A stretch of DNA of 32,000 bases, taken from Acidothermus cellulolyticus 11B. Its GTDB lineage: Bacteria; Actinomycetota; Actinomycetes; Acidothermales; Acidothermaceae. How positions within the stretch are numbered: position 1 is the stretch's first letter; each line of letters opens with the position of its first letter. This document shows positions 18,885 to 26,441 of this stretch, piece by piece. The notes below the pieces were generated by a model. That model worked only from the letters and a program-made list of their open reading frames with translations, ran no database searches and had not been told where the DNA came from. The position numbers and the translations under genes are program-made. The stretch covers positions 2,310,001 to 2,342,000 of the forward strand of contig NC_008578.1 of NCBI RefSeq assembly GCF_000015025.1. The letters run 5' to 3'.

Positions 18885-20804
18885 TCAGCCTCCTGACATG
18901 GCCATGACGAGGGAAATTTCGGTACCCGGAGCCACCGGAGTATCCAAACCGTCAAGGGTGCGGATGTCGTCATCTCCGACCGTGACGAGATACGCCTCGG
19001 CAACGTCGCCGTTCGGCAGGACGGCGGCACCGAACGCCGGATGCCGCCGGCTGACGGCCTCCAGCGCCTCGCGGACCGTTCGAGCCGACACCTCGTACCG
19101 ATCCGCACCACCGATCATCGCGAGCAACGGACCGGGCACGGTAACAACAACGCCAGTCGCGGATTCGGATTCCCGCTCGCCGCCGGCGATCCGCTGCAAT
19201 TCCTCGTCGGTCCGGGTCGCTGTGAAATCGCCGAAGGTGAAATCGGCGGCGCCGCGGCGTCGTCGCTCCTCGAGCCACGCGCCGACAAGCCGGGCCAGAA
19301 CATGCTCGATCTCAGTCGTCGGGACGCGTCGCAGCAGACGCCGTCCGATCGCCGCCCGCCGTCCGAGACCGCCTCCGATGGTGACGTCATACGCCTCAAT
19401 GCGCTCGTCGGAACCCTCGACGGAGGTCGACGTACCTTGCAGACCGATTTCACCGATCCAGTGCTGGGCGCAGGCGTGCGGGCAGCCGTCCATGTGAATG
19501 GTGAGTCCGTCGATTTCCTGCGCGCCGAAGGTGGCGGCGAGATGGTCGAGAATCGCGTCGAGTTTTCCTTTCGTCTCAGCAACCGAGTAATTGCAGAACT
19601 TGTGGCTGGTGCACGCGACCGATCGACCGTACGCCCGGCTTCGGTCGAGCGGAAAATCCATGGCCGCGAGCGCGTCGCGGACGTCGTCCAATCGATCCCG
19701 CGGCACATTGCCGAGGATGAAGTTCTGCTGCCGGGTGAACCGCACGTCGCCGCCGAGCTGGTCCGCAAGGTCGGCGATCGCGTGCAGGTGGTGCGCGGTA
19801 ATCCGCCCGGACGGCACCGGAACGCCGACGTACACCAGCTCGGGATTGCGCTGCGGATGCACGCCGAGATGGTCGGCCTCACCGACGGGTTCGGGCGCCC
19901 GGCCGTCGGGGAGTCGGCGGCCCAGCACCTCCTCGACTTTGGCGCGCATGCCTTCCGGCCCGTAATCGTCGACCATGAATTTGATGCGCGCCTTGGCTCG
20001 GGAAAGCCGGTACCGCAGATCACGCTGCCAGGCATCGGTCACCGCACGCAGCACGGCGATTGCATCGTCCCGGGGAACAAAAACGCCGAGGTCGCGCGAG
20101 AGCCGCGGGGTGTTCGACATCCCGCCGCCGACCCGAAGACCGAAGCCCAGTTCGCCGTCCTGCTCAGTCGCGACGAGAGCGACGTCGTGGAAATCCGGTC
20201 CGTTGCACTGAGCCGGGCAGGCCGAAATCGTGTACTTCAGCTTGCGCGGCAGATTCGAGTACTCCGGGTTGCCCGAGAAGAAGGCAGCGGCCTCCTTGAC
20301 GATGGGCCATACGTCAAAGAGCTCCCCGTCCTGCAACCCCGCGACTGGGCAGCTGGTGATGTTCCGGACGGTGTCGCCCTCGGCCCCGGCCGTCGTGAGC
20401 CCGGCGGCCTCGATCGCCGCCATCACGTCGGGAAGCTGCGCCATGGGAACCCAGTGCAGCTGGATGCCCTGGCGGGTCGTCAATTCCGCCTCGCCGCGGC
20501 CGAAAGCGGCACTGATGTCACCCAGCGCCCGGAGCTGGGCCGGGGTCACGCGACCAGCCGGAACCTTGATCCGCACCATGAATGTGCCGATCTTCGGCTT
20601 GTCATGGGCCAGGCCCCACCAGTACAGCCGGACGATCTCCTCCTCGGAGATTTCCTCGTACCCACGCTCGATCAGCTCGGGAAGCTCGTCTCGAACCGCA
20701 AGCCCGGGACGATCGCGTTTGAGCCGTTCGATGAAGTTTCGCTTGTATACAAGGTCCCAGTCCGGCGCTGGCCGGAGCTGGCGGGACGGGGCGGTAAGAG
20801 TCAC
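18885..20804 (-). CDS. sirA: ferredoxin-dependent sulfite reductase (SirA/NirA type) with C-terminal CysO/ThiS/MoaD-like beta-grasp domain ending in GG
   Basis: Siroheme/4Fe-4S ligands CTSHKFC...CPHAC. 639 aa. The last ~90 aa (VVVTVPGPLLAMIGGADRYEVSARTVREALEAVSRRHPAFGAAVL...YLVTVGDDDIRTLDGLDTPVAPGTEISLVMAMSGG) contain no Cys and follow the CysO/MoaD pattern. GTG start at 20804. Confidence 0.85.
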   Translation of the reverse strand: MTLTAPSRQLRPAPDWDLVYKRNFIERLKRDRPGLAVRDELPELIERGYEEISEEEIVRLYWWGLAHDKPKIGTFMVRIKVPAGRVTPAQLRALGDISAAFGRGEAELTTRQGIQLHWVPMAQLPDVMAAIEAAGLTTAGAEGDTVRNITSCPVAGLQDGELFDVWPIVKEAAAFFSGNPEYSNLPRKLKYTISACPAQCNGPDFHDVALVATEQDGELGFGLRVGGGMSNTPRLSRDLGVFVPRDDAIAVLRAVTDAWQRDLRYRLSRAKARIKFMVDDYGPEGMRAKVEEVLGRRLPDGRAPEPVGEADHLGVHPQRNPELVYVGVPVPSGRITAHHLHAIADLADQLGGDVRFTRQQNFILGNVPRDRLDDVRDALAAMDFPLDRSRAYGRSVACTSHKFCNYSVAETKGKLDAILDHLAATFGAQEIDGLTIHMDGCPHACAQHWIGEIGLQGTSTSVEGSDERIEAYDVTIGGGLGRRAAIGRRLLRRVPTTEIEHVLARLVGAWLEERRRRGAADFTFGDFTATRTDEELQRIAGGERESESATGVVVTVPGPLLAMIGGADRYEVSARTVREALEAVSRRHPAFGAAVLPNGDVAEAYLVTVGDDDIRTLDGLDTPVAPGTEISLVMAMSGG

Positions 20805-21120
20805 AGAGGTCTCCGAACCTTAACGATGTTTTCCGATCGGACGAGTAGGTTATTGCTCACGGGCGAGCATCATGTGCCTTGAGGTACACGGTTATCGGCG
20901 ATTGCGGCTCACTAATCAAGTGACGGCCAGGAAACGACTGACCGGTCAATCGCCGCGGGGCGCACTCGTACAACGGCAGAGACAAGGGATCATGACACCC
21001 ACGACCCCTGAGCACCGTGCACGAATCATGGCGAACAGTGTACCGAACCGGTCGCACCGGGCCCAGCCGTGCTGATGTGATCAAGGCGAGCCGACGGAGA
21101 GTGGATCGGTCGCTGGCGTG

Positions 21121-21158
21121 GATCGGCCGTACCGCCATGCCCGGCGGTACGGCCGATC
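21121..21158 (-). terminator. stem-loop (16-bp perfect stem, 6-nt loop) downstream of the symporter gene
   Basis: GATCGGCCGTACCGCC-atgccc-GGCGGTACGGCCGATC, read directly from the sequence, about 75 nt after the stop at 21234. No U-tract. Confidence 0.45.
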
Positions 21159-21233
21159 CCTTCCGTCACGGATACGAAGTACGGATACGCAGGACAGCCA
21201 CGCCCCAGACGCGACCGCGGCGACCGGGGACGC

Positions 21234-22817
21234 TCAGGCAGGCACCCGCACTTCGGAGGCGTCCGCCACGAGGTAGTCCTCGTCGCGGGTGGCGTCGAGG
21301 CCGCGCGGGGCTTTCGACAACACCGGGGTGAGAACGACAGCGACGACGATGTTGAACACTAAGGTGATCAACCCGATCCACATGGTCACCTTCGTGTGGA
21401 TGCCCCAATGCGTAAACGCCCACTGGGACCCGCCGAAGTGCCCGTGTCCGCCCGCCTTCGGTGTCAGCCAGAGCATCCAGAGCGACGAGACCATGCCGAC
21501 GACCCAGCCGGCCATCAACGCCCAGCGGTGGAACCACCGCGTGTAGAGCCCGAAGACGACGGCCGGCAGGATCTGGATAATGATGATCCCGCCGATCAGC
21601 TGGAAGTCGAGCGCGAAGCTGACGTTCAGGAAGAGGATGACGAGCAAGGCGCCGAGTTTGACGACCAAGGACACAATCTTGCTGACCAACGCCTCTTCAG
21701 CCGGGGAGGCGGTCGGCCGGAAGTACGGCCGATAGATGTCCCGGGTGAAGGTGTTGGCCGCGGCAATCGACATGATCGCCGCAGGCACCAGCGCTCCAAT
21801 GGCGATCGCCCCGAAGGCCAGACCGGCAATCCAGGCCGGGAATTCCGCGTGGAACAGCATCGGCACGATCGTGTTCGTATCCGCCTTGCCACCGGCGCCA
21901 AGCGCCGGTTTGACACCAGCCGCGATCGCCATGTAGCCGAGCAGCGCAAGGAAGCCGAGCATCAGACTGTACGCCGGAAGCAGCGACATGTTCTTCTTGA
22001 CCGTGTCTCGGCTCTTCGCAGCGAGCACGCCGGTGACCGAGTGCGGATAGAGGAACAGGGCCAGCGCCGAACCGAAGGCCAGCGTGGAGTATGCGAGATA
22101 CTGCGTGTCCTTGAGCGTAATGCCGCCGGATTTGGCCGCCGCGAAATGCGCATTCGCCGCCGAGAAGATGTGGTCGTACCCGTGGAGTTTGTACGGAATC
22201 CAGATGACGGCCGCGAGCACCGCGGCGTAAATCAGGATGTCTTTCACGAATGCAATCAGCGCCGGTGCACGCAATCCTGACGAATACGTGTACGCAGCGA
22301 GCACGGCGAACGCAATCCATAACGGCCAATCGCCGTTGATGCCTGCCGCCTCGATCACCGCTCTGATGCCGGCCAGCTGCAAGGCGATGTATGGCATGGT
22401 TGCCACGATGCCGGTGAGCGCGGTCGCGACGGCGAGCGCGTGGGAACCGTGCCGGCCCCGGACGAAATCTGCAGCGGTAACAAAACCATGCCGCCGGGCC
22501 ACCGACCACATGCGGGCGGCTGCGAACATGACGATCGGATAGACCACAATGGTATACGGCACGGCAAAAAATCCAAGCGCGCCAGATCCGAAGACCAGGG
22601 CGGGAACGGCCACGAACGTGTACGCGGTGTAGAGGTCACCGCCGACGAGGAACCACGTGACCCACGTGCCGAAACGGCGGCCGCCCAAGCCCCATTCATC
22701 GATATGCGCAAGCGTTTCGCCACGCTGCCAACGCGCCGCGAGAAAACCGAGTACCGCGACGAACACAAAGAGAACAACGACGAGGGCAAACTCGGTGCCG
22801 TTGAACGGAACCTTCAT
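21234..22817 (-). CDS. sodium:solute symporter family transporter (MctP/monocarboxylate-permease-like)
   Basis: 527 aa, about 13 TM segments. N-terminus RRFGTWVTWFLVGGDLYTAYTFVAVPALVFG is typical of the SSS members that pair with DUF3311 proteins. Confidence 0.9.
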   Translation of the reverse strand: MKVPFNGTEFALVVVLFVFVAVLGFLAARWQRGETLAHIDEWGLGGRRFGTWVTWFLVGGDLYTAYTFVAVPALVFGSGALGFFAVPYTIVVYPIVMFAAARMWSVARRHGFVTAADFVRGRHGSHALAVATALTGIVATMPYIALQLAGIRAVIEAAGINGDWPLWIAFAVLAAYTYSSGLRAPALIAFVKDILIYAAVLAAVIWIPYKLHGYDHIFSAANAHFAAAKSGGITLKDTQYLAYSTLAFGSALALFLYPHSVTGVLAAKSRDTVKKNMSLLPAYSLMLGFLALLGYMAIAAGVKPALGAGGKADTNTIVPMLFHAEFPAWIAGLAFGAIAIGALVPAAIMSIAAANTFTRDIYRPYFRPTASPAEEALVSKIVSLVVKLGALLVILFLNVSFALDFQLIGGIIIIQILPAVVFGLYTRWFHRWALMAGWVVGMVSSLWMLWLTPKAGGHGHFGGSQWAFTHWGIHTKVTMWIGLITLVFNIVVAVVLTPVLSKAPRGLDATRDEDYLVADASEVRVPA

Positions 22818-23060
22818 CGCTTCTCACCTCGCGATGCGCGGTACACGATCCAGGTGCAGATCATGGCGATGGGAATCCAAGCGAGCTGGTACCAGTAGAA
22901 AAACGGCATGCCGCCGATGGTCGGCGAGTAACGGTTATAGAACGGTGGAACCAGTGTTCCGATCAGCGGAAGGAGAAGCAGCAGGTAAACGGCTCGCCTA
23001 CGCGCGCGAGCCCGGCGCGTTCGGTGCAGCGGGTTTCCCAGAATCTGGTGATGACGCCAT
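22814..23060 (-). CDS. DUF3311-like small membrane protein, apparently frameshifted near its 5' end
   Basis: The body frame reads ...RRRAVYLLLLLPLIGTLVPPFYNRYSPTIGGMPFFYWYQLAWIPIAMICTWIVYRASRGEKR and ends in an ATGA overlap with the symporter. That frame has no ATG, GTG or TTG upstream of the internal Met. The ATG at 23060 has a GGAGG SD but is in another frame and stops at 22998. Confidence 0.5.
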
Positions 23061-23321
23061 GCGGACCTCCGGTAGGAGCGTGCGGGGCGGGGCGCCGCGC
23101 ACAGACCGACGTGAGCGACCGGGTGAGCAACGGCGATCGCCGCTCACCCTTTGCCTATAGGTTGCGCGGGAGGGCATGAAGGTTTACCTCAGTTACCTGG
23201 GCGACGAGAGTAACCCGGACGGCAAAATCACATGATCGATAATCTGGCGCCCACCGACCCGCCAGCCGCGATAAGACAATGCGCCCCACCCCGCACCTAC
23301 CACGTGCAGAGCGCTAATCCC

Positions 23322-23819
23322 GGAGATCGGCACGGATGGCATGGGTCCCGGTGATGGTGGGTCGTCACGGCGTACACCTTGGTCGCCGTACCCGCCTTGG
23401 TCTACGGCAAAGGCGGTTTGGGATTTTCCGCCGTTCCGTACACAATTGTCGTATTTTCGATTGCACTCATCTTTCTGCCTCGGTTCTGGACCCTTGCGGT
23501 CCGAAACGGCTGCTGCTGTATCCGCACGTCATGACATGCACCTTCGCCGCGAGGAGCGCCGACGTCGTTCCGCGGACCTGCTTCGGTCTATTCGCCTGGA
23601 CGGCGCTCCTCGCTCTTGTCGCACTCGCCGGGTTGGGTGCTGCGGCGGCCGGAGTTCACGTGGGCCGTACCCCTCACCATCGACGGGCTGCACGCGCGTG
23701 TCTACGCCGGATCGCCGGCCTTACTGGTAAATCTGATGGTTGCAGCCGTATTGACGCCCCTGTTGCGGCTCGTGAAGGTGGCGGAAAGGCTCGACACGAC
23801 GGACATCGACCAGGGATGA
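23322..23819 (+). pseudogene. decayed remnant of a paralogous sodium:solute symporter (N- and C-terminal fragments, frameshifts, large internal deletion)
   Basis: The frame at 23355 reads WWVVTAYTLVAVPALVYGKGGLGFSAVPYTIVVFSIALIFLPRFWTLAVRNG (intact gene: GDLYTAYTFVAVPALVFGSGALGFFAVPYTIVVYPIVMF). The frame ending at 23819 reads FTWAVPLTIDGLHARVYAGSPALLVNLMVAAVLTPLL (intact gene: WAFTHWGIHTKVTMWIGLITLVFNIVVAVVLTPVL). Confidence 0.65.
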
Positions 23820-23863
23820 CGGGAGGAAGCAATGCGCCAAGCGTTGTTTGCGATGGACCGCCG

Positions 23864-24475
23864 ATGAATCCGCGCGGCCGAGACTACGAAGACACCGCAG
23901 CGGACGTTGCCGCGGGCGGTGCACTCGACCTTCGCAACGCCGAGCGCGAGGCGGCACTTACCTGGCTCTTTGACCGTCATTACCCGGAGCTTCTGCGACT
24001 GGCTGTTCTGTTGGGCGGCGGTCAGGAAGCGGAAGATCTTGTGACCGAAGCGTTTTGTCAGCTGCACAGACACTGGCCGCGTCTTCGTGATCCGATGGCC
24101 GCTCCGGGATATCTCCGATCCGTCGTGTGCAATTTGGTGCGTATGCATCTACGACACCTGCAGGTTGTCCGCCGGCATGCCGAACAGCGGCTGCCTGATA
24201 GTGATTCCGCAGAATCACAAGTCGTCCTGCGTGAAGATCAGCGTGAGGTCATGACGGCGCTTCGGCGTCTTCCCGAGCGTCAACGCCAGGCCTTGGTGTT
24301 GCGGTACTGGATGGACCTCAGGGAGCACGAGATTGCCGAGGCGATGGGCATTACGACCGGCGCGGTGAAGGCGCACATTTCCCGAGGAATGGCGGCGTTG
24401 ACGAGATATCTGACAGCATCGCCCGCCCTGCCGGCTGTCCCCCGCTCGAGTGCCGAGGTAGGAGTCCTCCCATGA
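23864..24475 (+). CDS. ECF (group 4) RNA polymerase sigma factor
   Basis: Region 2 FDRHYPELLRLAVLLGGGQEAEDLVTEAF and region 4 LPERQRQALVLRYWMDLREHEIAEAMGITTGAVKAHISRGMAAL. Preferred start is ATG 23864, with 23816 as an alternative. The upstream part of the 379-aa track ORF is read-through of the pseudogene. Confidence 0.85.
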   Translation: MNPRGRDYEDTAADVAAGGALDLRNAEREAALTWLFDRHYPELLRLAVLLGGGQEAEDLVTEAFCQLHRHWPRLRDPMAAPGYLRSVVCNLVRMHLRHLQVVRRHAEQRLPDSDSAESQVVLREDQREVMTALRRLPERQRQALVLRYWMDLREHEIAEAMGITTGAVKAHISRGMAALTRYLTASPALPAVPRSSAEVGVLP

Positions 24476-24753
24476 TGCCGGACACTGAAGAACGCCTGCG
24501 TGACGTTCTAGACGCAGTGGCACGTCAAGTCAGGCTCGATACCCGGGGATATCAACGCACCCAAGCAGCATGGCGTCGTCGAGAGCGTCGGCGCAGGCTT
24601 GTCGCTACTTTTATCGCGACCATAATCATCGCTACCGCTGGCATAGTCGGTTTGTGGGCGTTGAATCGAGGCGATTCTGGCGAGCCCGTTATTTTTGACG
24701 GCCCCCAGCTGCACCCGACATCGCTCATCGTCCGCGTACCGCCCGGCTCCTGA
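24472..24753 (+). CDS. single-pass membrane protein, possible anti-sigma factor
   Basis: Its ATG overlaps the sigma-factor stop (ATGA). Arg-rich juxtamembrane segment, then one TM (LVATFIATIIIATAGIVGLWAL). No recognisable zinc anti-sigma motif. Confidence 0.55.
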   Translation: MMPDTEERLRDVLDAVARQVRLDTRGYQRTQAAWRRRERRRRLVATFIATIIIATAGIVGLWALNRGDSGEPVIFDGPQLHPTSLIVRVPPGS

Positions 24754-24875
24754 CCGGACCGGAGTGGAGAGGCGAATCTGTTTGTCTACGGCCATCCCGG
24801 TATCGTTTGTGGGTGTGATACGGCTTTCGTGTATCCCGACGACCACGGCATTCCGTTGATCGAAGTCAGAGCATC

Positions 24876-26171
24876 GTGACCGTGCGCACAGCTGTCGCAC
24901 TCCCCATAATGACGGTGGTGCTCGTCTCCGCGTGCAGTCTCGGCAACCACGCCACCCGTCCGCCGGAACCACCGAACCCGGCAGGGCGGGGCGTCACCAG
25001 TGTCGTACCAACGACCGCCGCCGGCTCGCCGACCGGCAACGTCGCGAGCGCGACCGCTCCTACGGCCAACAGCCCGGCAGACGACCTACCGACGGTGGAG
25101 ATCGCCGCAGTTGGGGATCTCACCCTCGGCAACACACCGCGGTTGCCGCCGAACGCCGCGGGCTATCTGGCGTCGGTCCGCAGCGCCCTCGCCGCGCCGA
25201 TTGTCTTTGCGAATCTCGAGGGCGCGTTGACGAATTCAGCGGCGACCAAGTGCCCGACGCCGACACCGTCACCGAGCCCGTCGTCGTCCACGTCACCGAT
25301 GTCGGCGCCTCCACGCGCCAGCAAACCGACGATCACGCGGTCGCCGTCCGCGTCCGGGACTCCGCAGACGACCGCCTCGCCATCCCCGCGGGCGTGCTTT
25401 GCATTTCGCATGCCGCCGGATTTCGCTGCGTCCGTATTGAAGTCGAGCGGCTTCACGGTACTGAACAGTGCGAACAACCACTCGCACGACTTCGGGCCCA
25501 GCGGGGTCGCCGATACATCGGCCGCTCTGAAAGCCGCGGGCATCGCACAGACCGGCTTGCCGGGTCAGTTTGCTCTCGTGTCGGCCAACGGAATTCGCGT
25601 CGCGTTCATCGGCTTCGCCCCCTACGACACCACAAACGACATGCGCAAGGGCGCCGCGGCACAATCACTCATCACGCTGGCGCGCGCCCAAGCGGACATT
25701 GTCGTCGTCTACATGCACGCCGGCGCCGAAGGAACACGAGCGGCGCACGTCACCGGAACGGAGGAGTATTACCTCGGCGAGGACCGCGGCAATGCACGGG
25801 CATTCGCGCACGCTGCGATCGACGCGGGAGCAGATCTCGTCATCGGGAGCGGCCCGCACGTCCTGCGCGGCATGGAGTACTACCGTGGCAAGTTGATCGC
25901 GTACAGTCTCGGTGACTTCGCTGGCTACTACACGTTCGCCACCAACGGAACGCTTGCGCTCTCCGGCATCTTGCACGTCCGGCTCGACCGGGCCGGCCGT
26001 CTCGTCGGCGGCCGTTTCATCTCCACGCACCTCGACGCCGCGGGCCGGCCAACCCTCGACCCGACAGGCCGCGCGGCGGCGTTCATCAACGGCTTGTCCA
26101 GACAGGACTTCGGCGTTGCCGCAGCGGTGATCAATCCGGACGGCACTCTCGCAATGCCGCAACGGCGTTAA
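24876..26171 (+). CDS. CapA-family (PGA_cap metallophosphatase-like) lipoprotein with a Pro/Ser/Thr-rich insertion
   Basis: Lipobox VLVSAC. CapA-like motifs AAVGDLTLG, FANLEGALT and VLNSANNHSHDFG. GTG start at 24876. Confidence 0.75.
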   Translation: MTVRTAVALPIMTVVLVSACSLGNHATRPPEPPNPAGRGVTSVVPTTAAGSPTGNVASATAPTANSPADDLPTVEIAAVGDLTLGNTPRLPPNAAGYLASVRSALAAPIVFANLEGALTNSAATKCPTPTPSPSPSSSTSPMSAPPRASKPTITRSPSASGTPQTTASPSPRACFAFRMPPDFAASVLKSSGFTVLNSANNHSHDFGPSGVADTSAALKAAGIAQTGLPGQFALVSANGIRVAFIGFAPYDTTNDMRKGAAAQSLITLARAQADIVVVYMHAGAEGTRAAHVTGTEEYYLGEDRGNARAFAHAAIDAGADLVIGSGPHVLRGMEYYRGKLIAYSLGDFAGYYTFATNGTLALSGILHVRLDRAGRLVGGRFISTHLDAAGRPTLDPTGRAAAFINGLSRQDFGVAAAVINPDGTLAMPQRR

Positions 26172-26245
26172 GCAGCTGCCGACGCCGAATCGCCTGCCGC
26201 CCAGCCGCACGTCCCGTGGCGACCGGATCCGTTCCGGTGGACGAG

Positions 26246-26318
26246 TGGGCCGCCCGGGGATCGAACCCGGAACCCGCGGATTAAAAGTCCGCTGCTCTGC
26301 CAGTTGAGCTAACGGCCC
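26246..26318 (-). tRNA. tRNA-Lys (anticodon UUU)
   Basis: The minus-strand sequence GGGCCGTTAGCTCAACTGGCAGAGCAGCGGACTTTTAATCCGCGGGTTCCGGGTTCGATCCCCGGGCGGCCCA folds as a cloverleaf. Anticodon loop CTTTTAA. No CCA is encoded beyond the discriminator. Confidence 0.9.
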
Positions 26319-26441
26319 GAAGCGTGACGCGTCACACGGTGGGCATCGTCCAGTGTGCCAGCCGGCAATGGCCGGAGCGCTACCGGAGTGGTCCGCTGGA
26401 TCCGGACCACTCGGGACAATAGGGTCGAGGAGTACGGCAGA

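Noticed and set aside
19041-20882. Long antisense ORFs: 613 aa here, plus 1053-2180, 2141-3322, 10280-11653, 12037-12807, 14832-15494, 25665-26210 and others
   Set aside because: These are typical shadow ORFs of high-GC DNA opposite strongly supported genes. Their translations are Arg/Pro/Gly-rich with no recognisable motifs.
20805-21120. Riboswitch (for example SAM-type) or small gene in the ~315-nt region upstream of sirA, including ORFs 20857-21138 and 21017-21331
   Set aside because: The ORF translations look non-coding. I could not recognise any known riboswitch consensus by eye. I saw only a 9-bp inverted repeat (CGGCGATTG / CAATCGCCG, about 20895 and 20946) and weak -35/-10-like hexamers. 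A covariance-model scan would be needed to decide.
23336-24475. A 379-aa ORF suggesting a very large sigma factor with a long N-terminal extension
   Set aside because: The first ~175 codons are an out-of-frame reading of the symporter pseudogene remnant. ECF regions 2 and 4 occupy only the last ~200 codons, so the start is placed at 23864.
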